64,000 nt of DNA, taken from positions 124,496,001-124,560,000 of the forward strand of contig OZ024741.1 of the NCBI GenBank assembly GCA_964016885.1. Direction: 5' to 3'. Each line of letters begins with the position of its first letter. The stretch's first letter is position 1. Position numbers and translations under genes: made by a program. The notes beneath the pieces are model-generated. The model searched no databases. It had not been told where the DNA came from and worked only from the letters and a program-made list of their open reading frames with translations. This stretch comes from Eledone cirrhosa. Taxonomy: Eukaryota. Positions 1 through 13,228 of this stretch are shown here, piece by piece.

Positions 1-94
1 TCCGTTTCTTATGTGATATTATACTTTGTTCTGTAAGAGCATCGAGTGCTCAAACGGCCTACCACATACGGACGCCTTAAGCAACCCACACCAA

Positions 95-180
<86 letters not shown>

Positions 181-347
181 GTGTGTATATATATATACAT
201 ATATGCCTTTACACACACACACTTGTATATTTATACATACATATATATACGTATATGTATATATATGTATATATATGTATATATATATATATACATATAC
301 GTATATATATGTATGTATAAATATACATGTGTGTGTGTGTAACGGCA

Positions 348-395
<48 letters not shown>

Positions 396-1453
396 TGCCT
401 TTACACACACACACATGTATATTTATACATATATATATATACGTATATGTATATATATGTATGTATATACATATACGTATTATATACGTATATATACGTA
501 TATATACGTATATACATGTGTGTGTGTGTGTGTAAAGACATATGATGCACATACATGTATTCACTGATTTAGCGGAATCTATACCGTCGAAATTTAATTC
601 TTGAAATATTCATCAGAAATTATAAAATTATAATACAATCCCTGCAGTTATTTTCTTTGAAAAATACGTGTACAGCAATGCTCTTTTAACTTGATTCCAT
701 CTAGAATAAAATTAATGAATATTGTAGTTTATAATGTGAGAAAGCAACACATTTTTACAATTATTTCATATAGGAAATACATTATCATTCTATATTAATT
801 CATATTATTTTATATATTCTCAAATCATTGTATATATTCTCATATCATTGTATATATGTTTATACCATTGTATATATTATATCACCGTATATAATCATAT
901 AAGATATTCTGTGCTTTTATGTAAACAATGAAGTGTTAAGATACGCTCATAAACACAAAACCACTCTTAACACACTTGTAGATGCATGCATATATGACGA
1001 TAACAGAATTACTCTAAAAATGGATAATTTCTTTCTTTCTATTCCACTACGAATTCATTAAACAAGAGAGTAAACTCGGAAATTGTCCATTAATATTTAA
1101 AGAATTATATATATCGTTGTTTTTTTTTCCTTTCCGCATTCCTTTCAAATGTTCATCAACTTATGTGAAGATTTATAAAGCCTTAAATAATCATGGACTC
1201 GGATAACAATGCCCGTAAATATGTGTGTGTGTGGTGTGGGGTGTGGGTTTGCGCGCGCGCGCTTATGTGTGCATAGAATAATAAAAGCAGAAGTCATGGT
1301 TCAGTGTTTTACGATCGTTTCGTATAGCTGATTAATCGAAGGAGGTCGATGTATCGACTAGAATGGTAGTGGTTATGTTACTACCTATATCTAGTACAGA
1401 AAATCCTGTTCAATTGGCCGTCCTCCTCTGAGGAAATAAGTAACTAGTGACAA

Positions 1454-1570
<117 letters not shown>

Positions 1571-1609
1571 CATGTATAGGTATATATACATACACACACA
1601 CACATATAT

Positions 1610-2110
1610 ATGTTTCTGTTTTTATGCGTTTTGGTGTTTTTGTGTCGTAATATTGTCATGCGATGCGATTTTAATCTTCCTAGTGGGTTTTAACGATGAT
1701 GTCAACATCATTTGGTCGATGCTGATTGAACATTTTACACATCATGCAGATAATATAGTGCTCACGGTGAAATTGGAGAGAATGTAGTTTGAGCTTTTTG
1801 TTGTCGACCCCAATAATCAAGGCCAGTCATGCCATCTAATTTTTGTAATTGACTATTAGGGTGCTTAAATGTTCATAATACTTCGTTTCGTATGAGGAGA
1901 CCAGATTAGACAACAGTGTTTAAGTTGGGGCCATTTTCATCTGTCGGAAGGCCAACGGTGGAGACAGTGACCTTGTGTTTTTTCGCAAATGAAAAGAATT
2001 GATTTTTTCAATAGTACATTCCTCTTCGGCTGTTCTTTGGTTATTGATAATAGCCTTTATGCATTGTTAGAGATTATATTTTTTTCAAATGGAGCAGTGC
2101 AATAGCAGTT
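1610..2110 (-). mobile_element. Degenerate LINE RT 3' fragment (same family as 39876-40342)
   Basis: Minus strand reads KLKLHSLQFHREHYIICMMCKMFNQHRPNDVDI, matching [32 protein letters not shown] at 39876; many stops and frameshifts; boundaries approximate. Confidence 0.65.
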
Positions 2111-2780
2111 GAATGCGTGTTTGGCTGGTGACAGTGATTGAATTTGTTGATTCTTTTTTTGTTAATTCGTTTTTATTTTTCTAATAATATAATCTTTCTT
2201 ATTTTTTTTAATTTTATTATACTTTGTTTGATCATAGATCTTGAGGAAGTATGTTTTGCACATATGCTTGTAAGATTGTCTACAAATATCTGCCAACTTG
2301 TTTTGATTTTGTTGGAGGAGTGAGAAAGACCTACCAATATGTGATTGATCGTTAGTGATTGCATACCACTTTGCATTACGAAGATCCATGAGTGGGCTGG
2401 AAAAAGGTCATGGAGTAAGCTTTCGGGTGGTAGAATCTCAGTTTACAGAGAACTATGTCGTAGACTGAGAAAAGGGTCCACTCTAATATTGTGTATAGCT
2501 TTAGTGTGGTTACTAAACAATAGCTCCAAAATGGCTTTGTTGTGCACGGTTACTGATTCACACTAGCCAGTGGTGAATATTTTATTTCCGTCTGCCGTAA
2601 AAGACGCTTGATATATTCGGCTCCGTTAATTCGTAGAGCTATTTCAAATGTCGTGTAGACCCGGCTGCTATTTTTAATGGCGTAAGTATGCGCGGCACGC
2701 TAAGTTCGGGAACCATGTGCGTTATATATACACACATTCTTCAGTTTTCTATTTGACTTAGAAGTGAAGAGGATACTAAT

Positions 2781-2870
2781 TTCACCACCCACTGATGAGC
2801 CCGGAATTTGGTATATCTCTTCACAACTAATAGTGCGAAACGGTTGTATCAAAGACCGCCTGTGTGATGG
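2781..2870 (+). ncRNA. Degenerate type I hammerhead ribozyme
   Basis: CTGATGA 2792-2798, GC..GC stem II with long loop, GAAA 2837-2840, stem III CGGT/ACCG; cleavage triplet mutated (GCC) and stem I imperfect. Confidence 0.5.
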
Positions 2871-3010
2871 TAGTTACCACAATACTGGGCTGTATTTATT
2901 TTTCTTAATTTATTCTTAAATTGAGTCTAGCAAACCCTATTGTATGTAGTTAATATTTCTTTCACCTTAGCGATTTGGGTCCATTACGATTTGAACACAT
3001 ATATATATAT

Positions 3011-3440
3011 GTCTCCCAAAGGAGCACTGAGTGCAATGTCAACTCTGGATGTCGGTGAGCATGTCCAGCCAACCTCAGTCTCCTCTGTGTCACTTTTGAG
3101 CTGACTTTTGGGATGCTCCCATACAGCTCTGAGTTTTTCATCCTCAGTGTATACTGATTAATGTTCAGAGCCATCCTCAGTATTCTCGTGTAGCACCCAT
3201 CCACCATCTGAGTGAGTCTCTTGGTCAGTGTCCAAGTCTCAGACCCATACAGCAGCACAGACTCCACTACAGCAATGACACACTAGAAGAGGAAGACCAA
3301 GGTTAACATATGTTGATGCCCTAAGGACAGACACTGGTCTGTTGGAGATGTAGGATATGGCAGCGATAATGAGGGACAGAGACCGCTGGAGAGAACTCGT
3401 CCATGGATCTCGGGAATTTTACCCGCCTTAGATAGATAGA
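3011..3440. mobile_element. RTE-clade LINE 3' fragment with 5' inversion
   Basis: 3011-3280 minus: ESVLLYGSETWTLT...QRRLRLAGH...LLWE; 3280-3430 plus: TRRGRPRLTYVD...RDRDRWRELV then (TAGA)n tail. Confidence 0.8.
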
Positions 3441-3585
3441 TATATATGTCTGTGTTCGTTTTTTCTTTTTTGTTCAGTTATATACGGCTCGGAAAAATCA
3501 TTTTCCTGGAGCTAATTTACTGTAATGAGACTATTTTGAGTTACTAACTCAATACATGCTTTATATATATATATATATACATATG

Positions 3586-3685
<100 letters not shown>

Positions 3686-3750
3686 CTTAGCCATCTTTTA
3701 ATCTATTTTTGGCGCGATCGCTATGGAAAATTAACTGTCCGACTGAGTTT

Positions 3751-3830
3751 GTCTCCTGATGAGTCTGTTACTCTAGGTTCATCCTTAATAGTAGGATATC
3801 TAAAAGTACGGACGAAACCATGGTAGAGAT
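3751..3830 (+). ncRNA. Type I hammerhead ribozyme
   Basis: GTCTC-CTGATGA-GTCTG..CGGAC-GAAA-CCATGG-TA-GAGAT: stem I GTCTC/GAGAT, palindromic stem III, GTA site 3823-3825. Confidence 0.85.
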
Positions 3831-4405
3831 GTAATTACGGTATGTACACGTTTCTTCTAAGTTTAAATTTACACCTAATTGTGTATGGTTGACGGTATAT
3901 TTAGTGAGTTTCTACATGCTGTTGAAATGTTGGGTAAATGCTCTATTGGGGTCACCGCGAAGAGGTCGCTTTCGGTTTTTATCAAATATTTCTTCATAGG
4001 AGCCATTATTCTTATAGCCTGGTCTAATTGATATTTTATATGGTTAATTAGCTAATTGGGAGAGGAAATGGTATATATTTTATCTAATAATTCTAAGGAC
4101 ATGATTTATGATATGTTGCTCTGATTATTTAATTTATTTATTCTTCATTGAGCCACGAAGTGACCGGTTGCCACATATATATCTGTGACTTTATGTATAT
4201 GTAAATCTTTATATTTAATAACCTCCCGTTGGGTTGAGATGCAATTGGGCGATATTGGGCTGCGCTTTCTAGCAACCAGCCTACCCGCCGTAAGAAACTA
4301 ATCACATTCTTTCTAACTTGACCACTGCCACGTCACGATTCTTAGCCATTTTTGAATCTATTTTTGGCGCGATCGCTTTGGAAAATTAACTCTCCGACTG
4401 AGTTT

Positions 4406-4485
4406 GTCTCCTGATGAGTCTGTTACTCTAGGTTCATCCTTAATAGCAGGATATCTAAAAATACGGACGAAACCATGGTAGAGAT
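4406..4485 (+). ncRNA. Type I hammerhead ribozyme (second copy)
   Basis: Same motif; CTGATGA 4411-4417, GTA 4478-4480. Confidence 0.85.
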
Positions 4486-4755
4486 GTAATTACGGTATGT
4501 ACACGTTTCTTCTAAGTTTAAATTTACGCCTAATTGTGTATGGTTGACGGTATATTTAGTCAGTTTCTACATGCTGTTGAAATGTTGGGTAAATACTCTA
4601 TTGGGGTTACCGCGAAGAGGCCGCTTTCGGTTATTTATCAAATATTTCTTCATAGGAGCCTTTATTCTTATAGCCTGGTCTAATTGATATTTTATATGAT
4701 AATTGGGAGAGGAAATGGTATATATTTTATCTAATAATTCTAGGGACATGATTTA

Positions 4756-4817
<62 letters not shown>

Positions 4818-4857
4818 AAAGCATACATATATATGTATATATATATATACATATATA

Positions 4858-5722
4858 CGAGGTGTGTCAGAAAAGTTCCATGACTGATGTCACAAAATAT
4901 TTATTTCAAACCCAAACTTCACACTAAGAGTTTTCTCCTTCAAAGTAAACCCCCTGGAGTATGTAACTGTAATCTTAGCTCTCTGCAGCGATCAAACTTT
5001 TTTCTTCATAATTGTATATACATGTCCTCTGTTTCAGGTCGTCAAGCAATGAGCACAGAGCAACGAACGTTTGGAGAAAACTCCGTCAGAAGCACTGCAG
5101 CAAGTGTTTTTGAGTGGTACAAGAGGTTTAAAGAAAGACGTGAGGACGTGGAAGATGACCCCACGAGCGGAAGGCCCTCAACAACCAGGACTGAGGTCAA
5201 GGTTGAGCGCGGCAGGCAGATGGTGCGTAGCGATCGTCGGTTGACTGTTCGACTGATGGCAAATGAGCTGGGCATGAATCAAGACAGCGTCTGGAAGATT
5301 CTCACTGAAGATTTGGACATGCGGGAAGTCTGCGCGAAGATGGTGCCAAAACTTCTGAACGATGACCAGAAGGATCGACGCATGCAAGTGTGCCAGGACA
5401 TCCTCGAGCGTCTTGAAACCGAACCAGATTTGCTAGGAATAGACATCACCGGTGATGAGTCATGGATCTTCGAGTACGACCCGGAGGGGACCCGTTTTGA
5501 AGACGTAGACGACATCAAAAAGGGTGTGACGACGGAACTGCTGAGGATCCCAAGAGAATCCTTACAGGAGTGTATGCAAGCGTGGAAGAAAAGGATGGAA
5601 AAGTGCATTAGACCCCAGGGGGGGGGGGGGGTTACTTTGAAGTAGAAAACCCTTAGTGTGAAGTTTGGGTTTGAAATGCATCTTTTGTGACATCAGTCCT
5701 GGAACTTATCTGACACACCTCG
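4858..5722 (+). mobile_element. Internally deleted mariner transposon
   Basis: TA-flanked ~40 bp TIRs CGAGGTGTGTCAGAAAAGTTCC..; ORF 4887-5645 has mariner HTH (SGRP), VPKLL and ITGDESW, then jumps to C-terminal RFEDVDDIK, lacking the second and third catalytic Asp. Confidence 0.9.
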
Positions 5723-6037
5723 TATATAGCTGTCGAAACGGCCAGTATGGAGTACTCTGGTGTGTTATGGTCCACCCGGTATCTTACCACACTCTCTTTG
5801 TATACATATTTATATATAATGTTTTAATTTGGTGCGGTCATGCTACCAAACACACACACGTGTTGGTTTTCACTTCAGTTTATTGATAACAGATTGATTG
5901 TTTAGTTGCTGATTGTCAAAGCTCTTTCGTCACACATTCTGTGACCTCCACAGTGACTAGCTTTGTTGATATTTTGTGTCTCTCCTATGTTTTGCCCTGC
6001 ACCATCTTGGTTTTGTGTTCACATTCTATAACTGGAT

Positions 6038-6112
6038 GGCAGCATTATCATGTGTTAACATGATAAGGCACCGGTCTCTTGGGAGGCGTGTGTTCGAATC
6101 CCACCGCTGCCA
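6038..6112 (+). pseudogene. tRNA-Leu(AAG)-like pseudogene / tRNA-derived relic
   Basis: TAAGGCACCGGTCTCTTGGGAGGCGTGTGTTCGAATCCCACCGCTGCCA matches the tRNA-Leu 3' half (long variable arm, B box); acceptor GGCAGC/GCTGCC; D arm missing. Confidence 0.65.
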
Positions 6113-6627
6113 ATTAACTTTATTTTCATATAAGAGGAACCTGACATTTCGGGTCAACGGTGGTTGTCTATGCCCATACATTGTCCCGTTCCTACCAATT
6201 ATATAGAAGATATTTTAAAGGTTCTGTAAGAAATAAAGAGTGTTTTTTTAATGTATGTGTTGTATGGACTGGGAATCGAACTCACAACCTCATTGTTGTA
6301 TGGACTGTTAAATTCGTTTTATTCAATTTACACGTGCTCACACATTTGCATATGAATCACGTGACCTGGGCAGTCAGTCAGCGTTGGTATTAAAAACTTG
6401 GTCACAGACTGCTGCTGGCACTTTATGTTATTCTGCTACTGTGAGGAGAGGCGTTTTTAAATACATAAAGAAATAAGCAAGCCCTTTGGTCAAATAATTC
6501 CCTAGGGAATTAATAGAAACCAAAATATATGATAGTGATAACAGTTGGAATCACTGGTTGTCTAAATGTATAGCTTACTGTATTCATCATGCATGCATAC
6601 ATGGACACACACATATACACACACACG

Positions 6628-6683
<56 letters not shown>

Positions 6684-7979
6684 TTACATACACACGAGCT
6701 GCTGGCAAAATAATTGGTGATATAAATGGGTTAACGGCATATGTAAAATCAATTAGTGGCCAGTACTTCAGTCTAAAGTCCCCAGGAAGAATGAATCACC
6801 AAATAATGTTTGTACAAGTTGAAAACATGCATGAAAATCTATATATACACATGTACAAATGTACACACATACACACACTCTCAGATATATATATTGAGAG
6901 AGTGTGAAAGACCAAAGGTCAATATTGAAAGTCTCTGGATCTGTATATTTCGCAAGGTACTTTATATTTTTGAATGGTTATTTATTCATTATAAAAATTA
7001 AATTATAGCATACTATATGTGAGTGGGCTCCCTTTATTTCCTGGTAACCAATATTTTTAGACCCAGTCTGCCACTGCTCATAATATACAATTCTTTTCCA
7101 GACACAGAGCCCTATGCAGAGCATTACCTTCTTCGGATACTGTCCGACTTTTGTAATGCCTTAAGGTAGTTCATTTTGTTTTCTCCGTAGTTCATTTTGT
7201 TTTCTCACTCTATATTATTGTGAACAATCAATTTTTCAGATCATTGATTTTAAAAAATGATGTTTATTTTTTCATTTCAACAGAGAATTTCAGGTAAAAA
7301 TGCGCTCTATAAATGTTTTTTTTCTTTCTGTTAAATTACGTATCCAAGTGTTTTTAACTTAGCTTGTAAAAACACACATGTGATGTGTGAAATATTTCTG
7401 CGATGTGCCTCGTTGTATTACCTGAATTATTTATCTTAATTAAAGTCACAATTCGGTCATTATCAACGACTATATTCCTGCCCGAAAGTAGTTGACGAGG
7501 TTTAATCCAGAAAATTTGACCCCAAAGACCATGCGCTCAAACCAGCCATACCAAACCCATCCCACGCCTTTGTGATTAATATTAACTTTAACGACTTCCG
7601 AATGACCGCACCGATCTCGCGAGCGTACGCGACCAATGGAGATTATTCTTTGACGTTTTCAATCAATCTGAACCGGACGGTAGCAACAAACGGCCACATA
7701 GTTTCCTTTCCCGATAAATCTTTTCGGAAAGACCCCGACGATGATTGTGAAATACGAAATATAGGGACAAATAAATATATTCTAAAGTAACTCCATCTCT
7801 GGTTTTCTTTTTACATCTTTCTACGTCTCTTTTCACGTTTCTTTCTGGATTTTTCTTCCTTTTCCAACTGCGACCTGTTACGGTTTCCCGGGTATTTGGC
7901 CATCTGCTTTGTAGAGGCTTCCAAAACGATCATGTTAAGATGTCACAATGCTTCAAGCAAGCTTAAACATCCTCTTTTA

Positions 7980-8060
<81 letters not shown>

Positions 8061-8085
8061 ATATGTATATATATGTATATATATA

Positions 8086-8666
8086 AGTAAAAGGAAAAGA
8101 AAATTTTGACAAATTTTTCCCAGTTAAAAATAGTTTAATTAGGAATAAGTATTAATTAGTAATAAGTATTGGTTAGTATTCAGTTTTAGTTTTAATTTTT
8201 ACCGGTTGCGCATTTCTAATGCTTTTCAAACATAATTTTGAGATAGAGCGCTCGTGGTGTTTGCTCTAATCTGATCAGTTTGGGATATTCTTCCTGTTTT
8301 ATGAGAAAAAAGTGGCTCCAGAGGTATTAAGATTTGGTTGGTTGTTGAATGTCACGTGAATAAGTACTATAAATTTCGCGCCAATTCGTGTTGCAAAAAT
8401 TCTTGTAGTCAAAACAATTTTGATTGGTCGGTAGAGGTCACGTGAATGTTAAAAATTGATTTTGCACCAAATGTAGGTTTGTCGAACAGTGTCCTTTTTC
8501 GCCTGATTGAGGAGTCACTGAAAAATATGCCTATTAAGACAAATGCGTGTGTGCGTGTGTGTGTGTGTAGTAAAGAGGTTCATTGTCGTGATAATGGTCA
8601 GTAGGGATGTGTGTGTGAGTTGCATGCATGTTGAAAGGTCAACAGTTCAGGTGTCTATTAAGACAA

Positions 8667-8716
<50 letters not shown>

Positions 8717-9550
8717 CAGAGTGGTTCGTGGTAGAGGGAATAAAATCGGTCAGTAGGAATGTGTGTGTACGTGTGTGGGGGATATTTTAACATGTTGATA
8801 GATATTTTTCAGCACTTGTCTTATACGGAGAAGTGTGTGTGTGTGTGTATGTCTGTTTGTATGTTAGTGTACGCGTGTGTATGTGTGTGTATATGTGTGT
8901 GTGTGTGTATATGTGTGTATGTGTGTGTGGATGGACCAGTATTTTTGTGACACTGGTAAAAATGGTGTACATTATTCGATATTTTCAGTAATTTGCAAAA
9001 ACGATTCTGTCGAAAGAACATCAAAAAATTAATAATAAAAGGGGTGAAATGATGTATAGTATTGTCATAACACCAAGGTGTGTGTGAGTGTCCAGATTGT
9101 ACGTACTGCAAGGGGAATCCATTAGGCCCTGCCGTATGGGAATACTTGTGTACAAATATGTATGTGCCCATCAGTGTGTAATGCATGTGTGCGTATGTGT
9201 ATATGTATGTGTCGGCACGTTTATATCTATAGATATCAACACGAATTGGCGCGAAATTTATAGTACTTATTCACGTGACATTCAACAACCAACCAAAATC
9301 GTAATACCTCTGGAGCCACTTTTTTCCCATAAAACAGGAAGAATTTCCAAATCTGATCAGATTAGAGCAAACACCACGAGCGAGCGCTCTGTCTCAAAAT
9401 TATTTTTGAAAAGCATTAGAAATGCGCAACCGGTAAAAACTTAAAACTAAAACTGAATAATAACCAATACTTATTACTAATTAATACTTATTCCTAATTA
9501 AACTATTTTTCACTGGGAAAAATTTGTCAGCATTTTCTTTTCCTTTTACT
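8086..9550. mobile_element. Non-autonomous long-TIR (foldback/MITE-like) DNA element
   Basis: ~310 bp inverted repeats 8086-8393 and 9237-9550 (AGTAAAAGGAAAAGA...), in TA-rich context; interior non-coding with (GT)n and a short direct repeat. Confidence 0.8.
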
Positions 9551-9755
9551 AATATATCACAACTCGCGTGTTACACCTCTATTTTTTTTAAATATGTATA
9601 TATATATAAAGAAATAGGATTTCGCTTCAAGCATAGCTTTGAGCCAACTTATGCAGCTTCATATGCAAATGAGATTAATCACCTCATTTACACAGACGAG
9701 AAAAGTATATATTATGTCCTATCTTCTAGTGCAGCAGTCGCAAGCGGTGTTGAGT

Positions 9756-9801
9756 AACCGTCCTGACGAAGGCCAATTAAGCCTGAAATGCATAGACGGT
9801 T
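9756..9801 (+). ncRNA. Minimal type I hammerhead ribozyme in solo pLTR-like fragment (~9608-9905)
   Basis: AACCGTC-CTGACGA-AGGC(caattaa)GCCT-GAAA-TGCA-TA-GACGGTT; perfect 7-bp stem I, palindromic stem III. Confidence 0.9.
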
Positions 9802-9953
9802 GTCCCCCTTGCTTCCGCTGGACATCACCCGAGGGCGTTATCCCCCCGATGATTGCATAGCTTCGGCTGCCTAAAACCTTATTTCTTTGAAGATACGAAA
9901 TATTTATATATATATACATATATGCACACACACGCAGGCCCACAAACACTCAC

Positions 9954-10031
<78 letters not shown>

Positions 10032-10061
10032 ATACATATATATATATATATGTATATATCT

Positions 10062-11904
10062 ATCTAATGATATTTCAATATTCAAATCTAAAAATAAGTT
10101 CATTTTCTCCGACTAAAAACTTATACGAAGTTAATAATAATTTACATGACCAACTCTAAATAGATAACATCACCCCTAAATACCAAATAGCTAATATAAA
10201 CACGTATAATAATATAAATAAGGAAGCTAAAGAATTAGCTAGTACTTTAAAAATAGATAATAGGACAGAAAAACTTGCTTAACGTAATGCATATATCACC
10301 CTTAAAGATCACAAACCTGACTTTATTAATCGACCTAGTTGTAGATTAATCAACCCTGCTAAGACTGATATCGGTCTTGCCAGCAAAAAATTGTTAAATA
10401 ATATAAACACACAGATTAGAAGTAAGTCTGAATTACTCCAATGGATAAATAGCTCCTCCGTAGTACATTGGTTTAATAATATTAAAGATAAAATTAGTTC
10501 TAGATTCACCCAATTTGACATTGTAGATTTCTACTCGTCTATCACTCAGACTCTTTTAGCGAAACCCTTAAATTTCGCTAGAAAGTTTACCAATATTTCT
10601 GATATTGAAGAGAATGTCATCTTGCATGCTAGAAACACTTTACTCTTTACTGATAATGACACTTGGGTAAAAATATCTAACCCAGAGAACCCATTCGATG
10701 TCTCAATGGGCTATTTTGACAGTGCTGATGTTTGTGATTTAGTCGGCCTATTCCTCCTACACACACTTAAAGAAAAATTCCCTAACCATATTTTGGGGCT
10801 TTATCGCGACGACGGTCTAATACTTTCCCATACCACCATAGGCCATAACTTAGATAGATTAAGGAAAGACTTAATAAAAACCTTCGCTAGTTTTAATCTT
10901 AAAATTACTATTGACACTAAACATTCCAATTTTAATTTTCTAGATATAAACCTAGATTTGCCTACTGCTTCTTATAAACCATACCATAAACCTAATGAAA
11001 ATGTAAAATATATAAATAAAGGCTCTTGCCATCCTCCTATAGTTTTTAAAAACCTTATCCCTAATATTAGCCGTAGGATCTCCACCCTCTCTTCCTCAGA
11101 AGCTATTTTCAATAAGGCATCCCCCTACTATAATAAAGCCCTTCAAAATAGTGGATTTAGCGAACCGATTAAGTACATACCCAACAATACTAACTCTTTT
11201 AAACCTAATAATAGGAAAAGAAAAATAATCTGGTTCACACCCCCTACTCTCTAGCAGTTAAAACTAATGTAGCCAAAAAATTCCTGGAGCTCTTAGATAA
11301 ACATTTCCCTAGAACACATAGATACTATAAGATCTTCAATAGAAACTGTGTCAAAATTAGCTACTCCTGCGGTCCCCCTATTAAATCTTATATCATCAAT
11401 AAGAAATCACCCAGAGAACATCAAAATTGCTCCTGTAGAGTCAAAAGTGAATGCCCATTACAAGGTAAATGCAACACCAAAGCCATTGTATATGAGGCTA
11501 AAGTGACAACCATCAGCAACAACCAAACAGCCACCAGCGAACGATATGTGGGTATGACACAAGACAAATTTAAAACGCGTTATTACTCACATGTCGCATC
11601 TTTCCGACATCCAGAAAAAAGATTCATAACAGCTCTGGCTAGCAGAATATGGGATTTGAAAGACCAAGGTATCCAATATAAATTGGATTGGTCAATTTTG
11701 AACCAATCTAAAGAATATGCAAGAGGAACAAGAAGATGCACACTCTGCATAAGTGAAAAATATTGGATTTTACAGAAGCTTAAATCACCAAAAACCTGCC
11801 TAAATACAAAAACAGAAATTTTCACCAGTTGCCCACACATGAAATCACACTTGCTTTCCAGCTCATATAAACTTAACTCACTTTCAGATACTTATCCTCC
11901 ATAA
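10062..11904 (+). pseudogene. PLE RT-GIY-YIG polyprotein, disrupted
   Basis: ORFs 10391-11254 (RT) and 11503-11904 (endonuclease); in-frame TAA near 10280 and a one-base deficit in the C-run at ~11240. Confidence 0.85.
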
Positions 11905-13150
11905 ACTCTTATTCTTCACTTTCCTTAAATTGTCCTCTTTACAGACTTCCTTTTCTGATTTACTTTCGTTTTAAACTTTATTTTTTATTTTATTTTTATT
12001 TTTATTTTTATTTTTATTTTTAATTCACATCACCCAGTACACCCCCCTACTTTTCGATTCACTTACCTAATATCTTCACATTCCACATTTTACTTCCCCA
12101 TTTTCTTTCACTACCTGATATCACAGTGACTTGCGTTTTCCACTCCAGATATATTCTGTTGTTTCGCAGCCGATTTTATATTTGTACTCATTTATTCATA
12201 TGGCTGATTTATAATCTGTATCTATGTGTCTGAGTGTTCTTATGTGTGTATACGTTCTGTATATGTATACGAACGCCTCCGTATGTGTGCGTGCGTACGT
12301 ATATATATGTGTGTGTATGTGTGTTTTTATATCTATGTTTTTTTATATCTATGTTTTTTACATTCTTATTTTTACGTGTGTGTGTATGCGGGTGAATGTA
12401 TGTGTATGTGTATGTATATGTGTGTAATGTATATATATATGTATGGGTGCGTATGTATATGTGTATATATATATATAGTCGCGTACGTACGTGTTATAGA
12501 TATACATGGGGCGATATATATATATACGTGCCTCGTGTGTATGTATGTACGCATGCATGCGCTTTTGTCTATACGTATTTGTGTGAATAAATATATATTT
12601 TATATATATATATGTGTATGTACGTGCGTACCTATGTTTGTTTTCTTTTTTCTAGTATTAATTGATTACTTTCTCTTTGATTTAAACATTTTTTTCATTC
12701 TCATATATTGTTTCATTTTTATACATATACCGAGAATGACACTTCTTTTTACTATTACACTCCTTTCCCTCTTTATCTTCCGCATATAAGTGACCGCGTG
12801 TGTGTGTGTGTGTTTATACGCGTGCTTTCATACTCGTATGTGTATTTAATAACTGTATCTGGATGCGTGTCAACTATATTTTCATACAATTTATTTTTCA
12901 ACTCATATTATATCGTATTTGTGGTCACATATACACAAATATACTTGCCCTCATATATGTATTTGCGCACACATTTTCACCATACACATGCATTTGTACA
13001 TACACACATATGTACATTTGTGAGTGTATATACATACATATACACATACCCTAACTATATTTCCTTATTTTTTTTATATATCTCTTTCATTACTTTTATT
13101 TATATATGTTTTGCATTTCTTGAGGAGTCCAAATAGTTCACTATGTTTTA

Positions 13151-13228
13151 AATTGCCTTGTCCGACGAATGAATGAGGACGTTTTTCGTATTCGTCTTAT
13201 TCGGGAAACCTCTGGTAATGAGGTAATT
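13151..13228 (+). ncRNA. Type I hammerhead ribozyme of PLE1 (U4C core change)
   Basis: AATTGCCTTGT-CCGACGA-long stem II-GAAA-CCTCTGG-TA-ATGAGGTAATT; the sister copy at 48648-48725 retains CTGACGA. Confidence 0.75.

Noticed and set aside
1300-1450. HHR-like pieces (minus GAAA-CGATCG-TA; plus CTGAGGA)
   Set aside because: No matching core and stem I could be assembled; at most a remnant.
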